A stretch of 64,000 nt of DNA, from NCBI GenBank assembly GCA_011911785.1, contig GCA_011911785.1_4084.1; one strand, given 5' to 3'. The translations under genes were made by a program, and so were the position numbers. Origin of the DNA: a phage. Under the pieces are notes generated by a model. It was given only the letters and a program-made list of their open reading frames with translations, made no database searches and had not been told where the DNA came from. Shown here one piece after another: positions 37,577 through 48,000 of this stretch (positions are counted from its first letter, which is position 1; each line of letters starts with the position of its first letter).

Positions 37577-38185
37577 ATGAAATTAGAAACAGAACAACCA
37601 AAACTGTTCGTTAAGGGTCATGTACTAATTACTGACGTTACTGATCCTGCGAATGAAAAAATTGTGCTCGATAAATCGAACGCAATTCACCCAGAAAACA
37701 TGAGTACTGCAATCGCTAACGCACTAGCATATAACCAAGATAGTTCTGGTATCCCAGTTGGTTCAATATCAGAAATGCGTTTTGGTAACGGTGGTACTGT
37801 AGTATTGAGTACTGGACGTGTAACATACAAAAAACCACGTGTAACTTCATTTGGTGGTCTATATTCACAAACATATTTGAAGAAAATAAACCCACGAATC
37901 TCAAGTAGCATTGATTCACAATATAATAACATCACAACTGTTCATATTCCAGGTCAAGCATACACCGATATCGTTTGTATTTGTACTTTGGGACTAGGTG
38001 AACCAGTAGACCAGAATACAAGTTCAAGTACTAACATGGACGGTACTTACGTATTTGATGAATTGGGTTTATATACTGATGGTGATAATGGTATGCCGTT
38101 ATCTCATATTATTTTCCACCCAGTAGAGAAAAGTGCGAACCGTGTTTTACAAATAAAATATACTGTTCGTGTACAACTACAGTAA
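37577..38185 (+). CDS. Hypothetical protein (~202 aa)
   Basis: ORF track 37571..38185; ATG 37577 after AAGGA. Confidence 0.5.
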   Translation: MKLETEQPKLFVKGHVLITDVTDPANEKIVLDKSNAIHPENMSTAIANALAYNQDSSGIPVGSISEMRFGNGGTVVLSTGRVTYKKPRVTSFGGLYSQTYLKKINPRISSSIDSQYNNITTVHIPGQAYTDIVCICTLGLGEPVDQNTSSSTNMDGTYVFDELGLYTDGDNGMPLSHIIFHPVEKSANRVLQIKYTVRVQLQ

Positions 38186-38195
38186 GGAGTGGTAA

Positions 38196-39293
38196 ATGAA
38201 TAATTATACTATATATCGCAGTGATGGAAGCGTTTATGCTTCCATTCCAAACAACGTTATCCTTGGTCCTAACCAACCAGGTACTAACCCAGTTCCTATT
38301 AACTTAGTTGGGCGTAATAAGGTTGGTTATGGTCAAGCATGGAACGAAAACTTTCTACACTTAGTTGAGCATTTTAGTGGTCCATCTGCACCACGTGGTA
38401 GTGTTAAAGGACAAATTTGGTATAAAAACACTGGTAACATTGGTGAACTACTTATTTCTCTAGTAGATAACGCTCGTCAACCAATAGATACTGCTTCTGA
38501 AGCAGATTGGGCATCAATCCCAATGATCACAATTTTCAATACCATCCCAGATGGCGAAAGTAGTGTTATGGGTCGTATGGTTTTGACAAATAACGGTGAT
38601 TCACTCCGTGTTTTGATGAAAAACAAAGAATGGCGTGAAATTCAAACATCTCGTCCTGAAAACAAAGAATATTCATCACTATTGGATATAAACTATGATT
38701 TAGGTAAAAAATATATTGAATTTACCCAAACTGAAAGTACTAAGACACTTGCATATTTCAACTTAGGTGGTGGTTCTAAGGTAGATCCAGACAACTGGAC
38801 ATCATTTAGTAATGGTAATGGTGTTTTCCAATTCGGAAGTAACTATTTCTATGATTTGAAGATTATGATTCGTGAAGTACAGGATAGTACTGGTGAAGTT
38901 GTTTCTTTACCATTCAACTCCAAGACATTTATCATTAAAGGTCAATTCTATATTGACAATGAAGGTGCTTTTGTGCCAGGTTCTATACCATGTAGTGAGA
39001 TTCCAGACCCACGTCGAATTACAAGTCTGGAAGTTATTAAAGATGTTATTACCAGTTCACAACCAACTTGGGATGTTAATATGGTAGTTAATGGTGTGGA
39101 CCCAACAATTCCAAATCCAGGTGGAATGACGAAGACTGATTATGAAGCATGGGTTATCAACTCACTCAATACTAATAAACATTTAGGTTTCCGTGTTGAT
39201 GGTTCAATTTCCGGTTTAGGAACTGGTCAAAGTGTTAAGCTTCAGGCTTCAGTACTGCTTAATATAACTGGTATTCCTATTATTGGTGTGTAA
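38196..39293 (+). CDS. Hypothetical structural/fibre-associated protein (365 aa)
   Basis: ORF track; AGGAG SD. Confidence 0.45.
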   Translation: MNNYTIYRSDGSVYASIPNNVILGPNQPGTNPVPINLVGRNKVGYGQAWNENFLHLVEHFSGPSAPRGSVKGQIWYKNTGNIGELLISLVDNARQPIDTASEADWASIPMITIFNTIPDGESSVMGRMVLTNNGDSLRVLMKNKEWREIQTSRPENKEYSSLLDINYDLGKKYIEFTQTESTKTLAYFNLGGGSKVDPDNWTSFSNGNGVFQFGSNYFYDLKIMIREVQDSTGEVVSLPFNSKTFIIKGQFYIDNEGAFVPGSIPCSEIPDPRRITSLEVIKDVITSSQPTWDVNMVVNGVDPTIPNPGGMTKTDYEAWVINSLNTNKHLGFRVDGSISGLGTGQSVKLQASVLLNITGIPIIGV

Positions 39294-39305
39294 TACAAAA
39301 GAAAA

Positions 39306-39329
39306 AGGAGCCATTGGCTCCTTTTTTTT
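39306..39329. terminator. Bidirectional rho-independent terminator
   Basis: Hairpin ggagcc-att-ggctcc with A-run upstream and T8 downstream, between convergent genes. Confidence 0.75.
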
Positions 39330-39792
39330 AATATCTATATGGTAGACTATTGACAAATTGTGTACCAGCGTTTATACTTTCCCATAAAGAATAAAAATCT
39401 TTCATCAAATTAACATTTAATAATGTATTTTTAGCTCCAGGGTGAAGAGGTTTAGGCCATGAGCCAATTTTAACCCAAGCATATCCAGAGCTTTCCTTAT
39501 TGAGAATAGGAACAAACTCATTTTCAACAACAACAACGAAAGAATAATATTTGAACTTACCATTCTTAGTACAAAATACATCAAAGGGTATAATATCAAT
39601 TATATCAGGTAACGAATCTCCCAATTCTTCTCGTATTTCACGATGCAAAGCTTGCAAAGGGGATTCGTTGTATTCGAGTTTTCCACCAACAAAAGCCCAG
39701 TTGTTTGAATAGGTACTGCTTTCAGATCTAAGATTGAGCATCATATGACCAGTACTTTTAGATAAAAATATTGCTCCTACTGCCTCATTCAT
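39328..39792 (-). CDS. Nudix hydrolase (second copy, 154 aa)
   Basis: Nudix box GGKLEYNESPLQALHREIREELG. Confidence 0.8.
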   Translation of the reverse strand: MNEAVGAIFLSKSTGHMMLNLRSESSTYSNNWAFVGGKLEYNESPLQALHREIREELGDSLPDIIDIIPFDVFCTKNGKFKYYSFVVVVENEFVPILNKESSGYAWVKIGSWPKPLHPGAKNTLLNVNLMKDFYSLWESINAGTQFVNSLPYRY

Positions 39793-39801
39793 ACATCCTC
39801 C

Positions 39802-41145
39802 TTATTTGTCAGTGAATGATATCTTCCAATATCCCTGACGGTATTGCGACATAATACTCTTATGCCATTTGAATTTTTCATTGTATCTATAATAGTGACT
39901 ATCTTGACGATTGTAAACATAATTAAGTACTGAAGACGGTTCAATTAGTTCAGCACCTTCATTTGTTATTTTGAACAAATAATTTGGTGGAATAACTGTG
40001 TCTTTGTAAATTAAATCTCTTGCACTATTATTTACATAATATTGTTCAGGTATAGCTGAATACAATTCTGAATCTTTGGATATCAACGCTATGATAGAGT
40101 AATCGACAACATAATTACTACTATCCAATTGAACAACAATCTTGTTTGCCTTATCTTCGTGTCCCATTGATATTATAGTTCCACGCAAAGGATTACTTTC
40201 TTCGATTGCTTGTTGGAATTTAATACCGAGTTTCTTATCTTTGTATTCAGGCTCTAAGTACTGAATATATTTCTCCCAAGAATATATACCACCGTTGGAT
40301 GTTCTCTCACTCATACTTTGACTTACCAATGTAAGGACATAAGTATCTGCGTTTTTATCCGATGCTTCTGTTATTTCTTCAACTTTGATGCATAAATTTT
40401 TAGGAGTGAATACATCAGTAATTATATCCTGATAGTTTCCTATTTCAAAATCCAATTCATCACGACCACTTTCTATATTAGTTGTTATCTGTTGTATAAG
40501 CTTTGGCTTTTCAACGATAGCAGGTAATGATAACCATATAGTTGTTTCAAATGTAAGAACCATAATATCAAGTTCAGTATCAGTTCCTTGTGGAAATCCA
40601 CGAGTACTGAATTGACAGTCAATTAATTCCACATCACTTTGTGCCGTCCAGTCTAATGGGTTATCAGATAGTTGCAATTGAACACTTGGAGCAAACAATG
40701 TACTGATTTGCTCATATAATTCCATTTTTGTTTGCAGTTGTGTAACCCATATGTTTAAATCAAATGTAAATGTCCAAGGTACAGGGTTATGTCTTGTTAT
40801 TTTATACTGCTTATCCAACTCAGGAGTGAATTCATTTGGTGCAGGGGACTTATTTGTCCCCATAATAATAGTTTCGTTCGCATTTGAACGAATACTTTTA
40901 CGATCCAATTTCAATTGATTCACACTAATAGTCATGATCGGTGCAGTAGGCATTACGTTCTCACTGTTACCATTGATAACAGCAGCAGCCAAACGTGAAA
41001 TATCTGCATATCTACATGGAACTTGCTTGTATCTTGGTTTACCTTCGTCATCAACTCCATTTTGTACTTGAAACCCACCAAAAATCCTGATAAGATGTTT
41101 CAGTACTCGACGAAATTGACCATCATAGTAGTATTCTACTTTCAT
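39802..41145 (-). CDS. Tail sheath stabiliser/tail completion protein, T4 gp15-like
   Basis: N-terminus YYYDGQFRRVLKHLIRIF...KQVPCRYA resembles T4 gp15 N-terminus as recalled from memory. Confidence 0.55.
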   Translation of the reverse strand: MKVEYYYDGQFRRVLKHLIRIFGGFQVQNGVDDEGKPRYKQVPCRYADISRLAAAVINGNSENVMPTAPIMTISVNQLKLDRKSIRSNANETIIMGTNKSPAPNEFTPELDKQYKITRHNPVPWTFTFDLNIWVTQLQTKMELYEQISTLFAPSVQLQLSDNPLDWTAQSDVELIDCQFSTRGFPQGTDTELDIMVLTFETTIWLSLPAIVEKPKLIQQITTNIESGRDELDFEIGNYQDIITDVFTPKNLCIKVEEITEASDKNADTYVLTLVSQSMSERTSNGGIYSWEKYIQYLEPEYKDKKLGIKFQQAIEESNPLRGTIISMGHEDKANKIVVQLDSSNYVVDYSIIALISKDSELYSAIPEQYYVNNSARDLIYKDTVIPPNYLFKITNEGAELIEPSSVLNYVYNRQDSHYYRYNEKFKWHKSIMSQYRQGYWKISFTDK

Positions 41146-42650
41146 TCTTTATCCCCTTTTGCACGGTATAGAGTGTTTGGTTTTGCCGCGTCGTGTAATG
41201 GGACACGATTAGGACTGTTAACGAACTCGGTTAGGGCTAAATCTGCACCTTCCCACGGTTTACGTCCACCATAATCAAAGATTACCCAAGACTTTTTAAC
41301 TTCACTGTATTCCCAAAGAGTTACAGGGTTGTAATCAGTGCGATAGAAGTATTCACCATCAGTTGGATCAGATGGGAACGTGTCCCCTTCTTGCACAGTA
41401 CCGCGAGCAGGTGGAATTTTAGGTCTTGAATCTTGTTGCGAGTCTATGTTACCATATACACTGTTAGAACTGAAAGGTAAGTTAACATGTGTATCTGGTG
41501 GAACTTGCCATGTACCATCTAAGTACTGGTACATTGTTGGTTTTTCATATTGAATGTAAAAATCCTCAGCATTTTTCGGTGGAACGTCACCAGTTGAGTA
41601 TTCAACGTCACAATTAAGCCACTTTTTGAGAGATTTGTCATATTGATACAGGGAATATCCAGTAACATCTGAATCATTCTCTTTATAGAAGAAATCACCG
41701 TCAGATGGTTTACGTGGAAACGTTGTTCCATACGGAACTGAAACATTTTCCCAAGAATTGTTGACTTTCTCTTTCAGTACTGGTAAAGTTTTCTTCAAGA
41801 AGTACATTTTGTTAGCTGGTTCTTCTGGGAAGTCATATCCATTAAGAACAAACTTTGACAAATCGGTTGTATCTGGTCTATCATCGTATATATGTTCATT
41901 TGTGAAGTGGATGTAAGGGACTTCATCATCAGCTTGCATTATAATACGGTTCATGATATCCATTTCGTTATCATAACTGCTGTTTGGTGAAGAACCATTG
42001 GAACCACTGTTACCATTACCATTATTTGGGTCATCTGGGTTGTCTGGATAATCATTATTAGTAAGTAAGTCCGCGTACTCAGGTGAATCGGTAATAGGTT
42101 TGACACGAATTTTGTAAATGTGATGTTGCCATGTTGCAGAGTAACCTTCAGATGTTCTAAAGCCGTCCTGAACTACGTAAAAACGGTTTAAACCTGAATC
42201 TTTACCAACAACATCGAAATCACGAAGGTTTGGAAGTTCAATTACATCACCAGGCATAATTTTTCTTCCCAATCGCTGCATCATTGTGTTATAATGAACT
42301 GTAATGTCCATTGTGTTGAAGTTAAAGAACAACCCAGGAATTTTTAAATCAGGTGTTGCTTCTTGTACTTGATAAACACAACTAAGTGTGATAGCCTCTA
42401 GATTGTAACTACGATTTGAGGTTTCACCAAAAATTAGGTCACCAATACTTGACGCAGCGGAACCATCAGTGATATAATCACCACCGTAAGAATAGTCGTT
42501 AGGAGTTGATGATGGTTTAGCACCGACAAAGGCATAAAGCCACATGTCTACGCCACCAATATTGTATTGTTCAGCAATGGCAGAATCTATGAATTTATAA
42601 TCATTGGTTCTACCTTTTTTCCACATTCTGTATGCCATTTTGTTCTCCAA
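41142..42650 (-). CDS. Hypothetical neck/tail-associated structural protein (502 aa)
   Basis: ORF track; translationally coupled upstream of gp15-like gene. Confidence 0.4.
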   Translation of the reverse strand: MENKMAYRMWKKGRTNDYKFIDSAIAEQYNIGGVDMWLYAFVGAKPSSTPNDYSYGGDYITDGSAASSIGDLIFGETSNRSYNLEAITLSCVYQVQEATPDLKIPGLFFNFNTMDITVHYNTMMQRLGRKIMPGDVIELPNLRDFDVVGKDSGLNRFYVVQDGFRTSEGYSATWQHHIYKIRVKPITDSPEYADLLTNNDYPDNPDDPNNGNGNSGSNGSSPNSSYDNEMDIMNRIIMQADDEVPYIHFTNEHIYDDRPDTTDLSKFVLNGYDFPEEPANKMYFLKKTLPVLKEKVNNSWENVSVPYGTTFPRKPSDGDFFYKENDSDVTGYSLYQYDKSLKKWLNCDVEYSTGDVPPKNAEDFYIQYEKPTMYQYLDGTWQVPPDTHVNLPFSSNSVYGNIDSQQDSRPKIPPARGTVQEGDTFPSDPTDGEYFYRTDYNPVTLWEYSEVKKSWVIFDYGGRKPWEGADLALTEFVNSPNRVPLHDAAKPNTLYRAKGDKE

Positions 42651-42679
42651 AATAAATCGGTATATCTGTATTTACTAGG

Positions 42680-42707
42680 TAGACAAACTGAAAGAATGTG
42701 ATATAAT
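42680..42707 (+). promoter_or_regulatory. Sigma70-like promoter (TAGACA - 16 nt - TGaTATAAT)
   Basis: tagaca 42680-42685, tataat 42702-42707, 40 bp upstream of ClpA-like ATG; flanked by inverted repeat atgtgat/atcacat. Confidence 0.55.
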
Positions 42708-42746
42708 GATTTTAATGACAGTGAGAAGAATCACATAGGAGAGAAC

Positions 42747-45032
42747 ATGAATTTAACACAGCTATTCAAAAGCAGCGACGACCTTGCAACCTCTATGGGT
42801 CATACTTTCTTGACAATCGATCACATCAGTGCTACAGTGCTGACAGTGGATAGCATTATTGATGTATTTGGGACAATGAACGTTGACGCAACGAAAGTGC
42901 GTGATCGCTTGATTGAATATCTGAAAAATACCAATGTTCCACACGCACCACGCAGCACTATGGGGGAAGAAGTTAATCGCACTACACTAATCGTCAATCG
43001 TGTAATGCAAGAACTATCTAAGAAATCTGTCATCGAACAACTCAAACGTGACGATTTCTCAATTGATGCATTCTTTGTACTGTTTGAATGTTTGTCATTC
43101 CCAAACACTGCATTAGAAGCAGCATTGTTGGAAGAGGGTGTAACTCGTACTGAAGCGGCCCGTACTCTTCAGAAATATGTAGAATCTCTTGATTCTGAAA
43201 TTAACCTACAAAGCATCGCTGATGAACCTACTGGGGAGAAAAAGGTGGCTCAACAACAACCTGCATCAAAACAGAAATCAATCGAAGATTACACGACCAA
43301 CCTAACACAGTTGGCTAAAGATGGTAAACTGGACCCAATGATTGGTCGTCAAAAAGAACTGGACGCACTAATTGAAACTCTGGCTCGTAAAACTAAGAAA
43401 AATGCTATTCTGACTGGTGAAGCTGGTGTTGGTAAAACTCAGATTGTTGACGGTCTAGCACAAGCCATTGTTGATGGTAATGTACCAGAACATCTACAAA
43501 ACATTGAGATTTTATCTCTTAACGTTGGTGCACTAACTGCTGGTACTAAGTATCGTGGTGAATTCGAAGAACGTATTGATAATCTTCTCAAAGAACTGAA
43601 GAAACGTGAAAATACAATCGTGTTCATTGACGAAATCCATATCATGGTAGGTGCAGGTTCTGCAAGCAACGGTTCAATGGATATGAGTAACATGTTGAAA
43701 CCAGCACTATCTCGTGGTGAGATTCGTGTAATCGGTGCAACTACTTATGATGAATATCGTAAAAACATCGAGAAAGATAGTGCATTGACTCGTCGTTTCA
43801 TGAAAATTGACGTAGTTGAGCCAACTATTGAAGAAACTCGTGCGATTGTAAATGGTCTGCAAGGTACATATGAGAAATTCCATAACGTAACTTTCAGTAC
43901 TGAAGCAATGGATGCGATTGTGTCTTTGAGTGATAAGTTCCTGAAGAACAAACACTTCCCAGACAAAGCAATCGACCTTATGGATGCAGCAGCAGCTAAG
44001 AAACGTTCACGCGATGAATCTGATAATGTGATTTCACTACGCACAATTCAAGAAGTTGTTGCGGGAATTGCAAACTTGGATATCAACGTAGTAGCTTGTA
44101 CTGAAACTGAACGTATGAAGTCACTACCAGCAGCACTTCGTAGTCGTGTATTCGGTCAAGAAGAAGCAGTGGAGAAATTGGTTGATAACGTAATGGTTGC
44201 ACGTGCAGGACTTCGTGAGAAAGCAAGTGTTCAGGGTGCATTCATGTTTGTCGGTCCGTCTGGTACTGGTAAAACTGAAATCACTAAAGCACTAGCCGAT
44301 GCAATGGGTTCTGAACTGATTCGCTTCGATATGTCTGAATTTTCACAAGAACATACCGTTGCAAAACTAATTGGTTCACCTCCTGGCTATGTTGGTCACG
44401 ATACTGGTAATGGTCTGCTACTCGACAAAATTGAGCAATTCCCGAATGCAGTTCTACTGCTGGACGAAATTGAAAAAGCACACCCTAAAGTACTGCTAAC
44501 CTTCCTACAGGTTCTGGATGAAGGTCACCTAACTGGTTCACAGGGTAAAACTGTATACTTTAACAACGTAACAGTTATTATGACAACCAACTTGGGTGCA
44601 GCAGATGCAAATAAACGTAGTCTGGGTTTGAGTGGTGGTGAAACAGCACAGGAGAAGGCAGTGAAAGCTTTCCTACCACCTGAATTCCTAAACCGTATCG
44701 ATAGCATCGTGAAGTTTAATGAGCTATCCAGTGAAGCTATCCAGAGCGTTATTGATAAGTTCATGGCTGGTCTAAATGAGCAAATCAAAGAGCGTGGCGT
44801 GAAAGTAACACTGACTAAAGCGGCTCGTGAATGGTTAGAAGCAAATGGTGTTCAGCCTGGAATGGGTGCACGTCCAATGAAACGTACAATCGAGCAGAAC
44901 ATCCGTGTTCCTCTGGCTAAAGAAATGCTATGCGGTTCACTGGTAAATGGTGGTAACGTAACATTTGATGTGATTAACGGAAAGTTGGGTATCAAACCAA
45001 AACGTCAAGTTAAAACCCCATCTGTAGTGTAA
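42747..45032 (+). CDS. ClpA/Hsp100-family double AAA+ ATPase (761 aa)
   Basis: Clp N-domain-like repeats, D1 Walker A GEAGVGKT, D2 Walker A GPSGTGKT, sensor GARPMKRTIE, and LGL tripeptide where ClpA has the ClpP-docking IGL. Confidence 0.85.
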   Translation: MNLTQLFKSSDDLATSMGHTFLTIDHISATVLTVDSIIDVFGTMNVDATKVRDRLIEYLKNTNVPHAPRSTMGEEVNRTTLIVNRVMQELSKKSVIEQLKRDDFSIDAFFVLFECLSFPNTALEAALLEEGVTRTEAARTLQKYVESLDSEINLQSIADEPTGEKKVAQQQPASKQKSIEDYTTNLTQLAKDGKLDPMIGRQKELDALIETLARKTKKNAILTGEAGVGKTQIVDGLAQAIVDGNVPEHLQNIEILSLNVGALTAGTKYRGEFEERIDNLLKELKKRENTIVFIDEIHIMVGAGSASNGSMDMSNMLKPALSRGEIRVIGATTYDEYRKNIEKDSALTRRFMKIDVVEPTIEETRAIVNGLQGTYEKFHNVTFSTEAMDAIVSLSDKFLKNKHFPDKAIDLMDAAAAKKRSRDESDNVISLRTIQEVVAGIANLDINVVACTETERMKSLPAALRSRVFGQEEAVEKLVDNVMVARAGLREKASVQGAFMFVGPSGTGKTEITKALADAMGSELIRFDMSEFSQEHTVAKLIGSPPGYVGHDTGNGLLLDKIEQFPNAVLLLDEIEKAHPKVLLTFLQVLDEGHLTGSQGKTVYFNNVTVIMTTNLGAADANKRSLGLSGGETAQEKAVKAFLPPEFLNRIDSIVKFNELSSEAIQSVIDKFMAGLNEQIKERGVKVTLTKAAREWLEANGVQPGMGARPMKRTIEQNIRVPLAKEMLCGSLVNGGNVTFDVINGKLGIKPKRQVKTPSVV

Positions 45033-45041
45033 AAAAGAAAA

Positions 45042-45066
45042 GGAGAGCCAATGGCTCTCCTTTTTT
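45042..45066. terminator. Bidirectional rho-independent terminator
   Basis: Hairpin ggagagcc-aat-ggctctcc with A-run upstream and T6 downstream. Confidence 0.75.
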
Positions 45067-45067
45067 G

Positions 45068-48000
45068 TTATTGAATATTCAATAGATTTTCGATATCAGT
45101 TCCAGTAATTGACAATCCATTTCTGAATGTATCTAATGGAATTGGTGGATAGAAGTTTTGATATTGAGTAAACTTATCAATGCTCCCCAAGTTCAATCCA
45201 TTAAAGCTATAAGACGTTCCTTTAGTAAAATTATGTTCCGCACTATACATGACACCACGTAATAGACGGTCAGTGTTTCTTACCTGAACCTTCTCATATC
45301 CAACCACAATAATATCATCATTCTGTGCCGCAGCACCTGACAGTACTGAATCAGTAATGATATATGGGCTTATTGAACGAGGTTTAGCAACATAAGTGAT
45401 TGCCTCATCTTCAACGGTTGTAATGTTAATTACACTACATCCTACTTCTTTGATGAACGTGTTATTGACCACAGGTTGTGCATACTGCCACACGCGATCA
45501 TAACTTAGTACTGGTTGAATAACATCAACATCGTATTCAAATACAGTGATTTCAATACCATCAGTCATTTTAGCTCGTACTAGTTCACCCAGGACACCTT
45601 TACCAGAGATTGGCTGATTGTAACCATTATCAATTGTAATACCATCAACTTCAAAAATCTCATTGGAAACTAACCACAAATCAATTTCATCAGGTGTGAT
45701 ACCATCATTGAATTTACCACCATATAATGTTTCGTCATAGAATACTTCATAGTTCAATGCATGTATACTGTAATGACGATTATTTTCATATAGTTTAAGT
45801 CCATTGTCATCAAACTCAGGGTCTTGGAAAGTGCGGATTCTAACTAAGTTCATTGATAATGTATAAAAACGCTCATTACTTTCACGCTTAGTTATACTAT
45901 CAAACATTAACACTACACCATTACTATCAACCAACTCTACGTTACCATTACCCAATACACGTACTGTGTATAGTTTTGGTTTTTTAGAGGATTGGATTTT
46001 ACTAGCACTTAATATAGTTACCCAGTTACCGTCTTGGAATCGTACATAATCTTCACCATCTGGCGTGAAAATCATAACCTTATCACCATCTTTCAAACCT
46101 TCATCGTGAACTTTGATTTCAGTAATTGTTTTAATTTCTGAAATTGGGAAGAAGTATTTTTCAGATTCTTTGAACACATCTTTACCCATATTCTCAATGA
46201 CAATATCATATGATGGAATACTTACAACTGCTTCTGACATATTGTAAGGGTTTTGTACGATCATACCCTCAATCTGGAATCTACTTGTGTCTTTTAATTG
46301 CTCTTGAGCAACTTCATCGAAACCGTAACCATCAACAGTGAAACGTAATTGTGCCATTGTTCTTCCTGATGGGTTTAGTTCAGAAATGTCGATGATATAA
46401 GGATCAATCTCACTATCTTTAACTTCCCATTTAATGGATTTGGTTTGTGATTCCAATGCCAAGTTATCGAATGCATTCATATCATTGAAATATTTTGCAG
46501 TATTGATACTTTCCAGTACTTCAACATATGCAGAATACATTGGATTATTCTGGTCTTGTGGTAAATCATTTAAATCAATTTCAGCCAATACAACTGATTC
46601 TCCGGTTGTTATGAATAAGTCTTCCATGAAATCAGATATGCTGTAACTTTCAGGAATCGGTAGATATTCACCTGCCGCATTCACAACATACACATATTTC
46701 CTTGGCATCATAACAAAAGCATACTTATCAACTGCACGATTACTTAAGATTTCTCTAGCAACATAATAATGATCTAGAATATTCTTATTAAATGTTTGTC
46801 GCATTGCAGATAACACATGAACGGTATCAGAATAATAACGGTCATTTAATGTGGTATCATACTTGTAGCAATAAACACCATATTCTATCTCTAGTATATT
46901 ACGAACTTGGTCTTCATTAGTAAACTCAGGGTGATTTTTCTTGATCATATCGACATATTTTTCATATAGTTCAATACTAATCTCAAAATAACCATAGTTG
47001 TAATCACTACTTGCACTGAACCCAAAAGGTAGGCGAGTATTAGGATTATCATTATAGTTCGTACCCTTAAATGGACAACCAATCTCATTAGAAACCATGT
47101 CATCAGATATATTCTTAAACATTTTCACACGAGTTGCTAATGTATTGTATTGAATATATTTCTTAACGTCTTCTAAAATGTTACTGTTGTTTGTATCAGT
47201 AGTTACCTGCTCCAAATCAGCAGTAAATTGGTCAGTCATTGCAATATCAGTTGAATGGGCTTTATACCATGCATCAATTCCTTTAATGACACCATTACTA
47301 ATATCCAAATCTGAATATTTGGTAGTCATTTCAATACCAATCTGTGAAATTAAGGTATTATTATCATATTCAGGGAATGTATAAACATATCTCTGTAATT
47401 CATAATCATTTCCTATATCCGAAGCATTAGATTGATACTTACTATTGGTTGATTTCAACTCATCAATTGTATAATTACTATCATACGGGTCACATTGAAT
47501 ATTATCATAATGCATAATAACGTCGATTTCTTGGAATCGTCTGTTAGGTGTGATAAAGTCACTTGGTAGTGAACCAATCTTTTCCCAACGTTGGGTTACG
47601 TCATTAAATTGTGCATATTCTAAATCCCAAATGTCTTTTTCAGTCTTAACCCACACACCATCAACTAAAATATAGCCATCTGGGTCAAGGTCATTACTGA
47701 TACCATTAATCAAATCATCATCAGAAGTTTTCTGTTCTATTTGAGAACGGATTTTGGTTCTGTATGGTTTAACTTCTTCGAAGTACTCAACAATTTGATT
47801 AATCAAGTTGTCATTTGAGTAGTTTTGTACGAGAGATTGTTCTAAACCTACAATATAGATATATGAGGTTTTGAATACCCAGTCAACAACACTTTGTTCA
47901 GTGTGTACGTACTTAACCATATCAAAAACAATATTACTTTGATATAAGTTGAATGAATTTTTCAACAACGCTAACGCATTACGAACGTTAACCTCATGAG

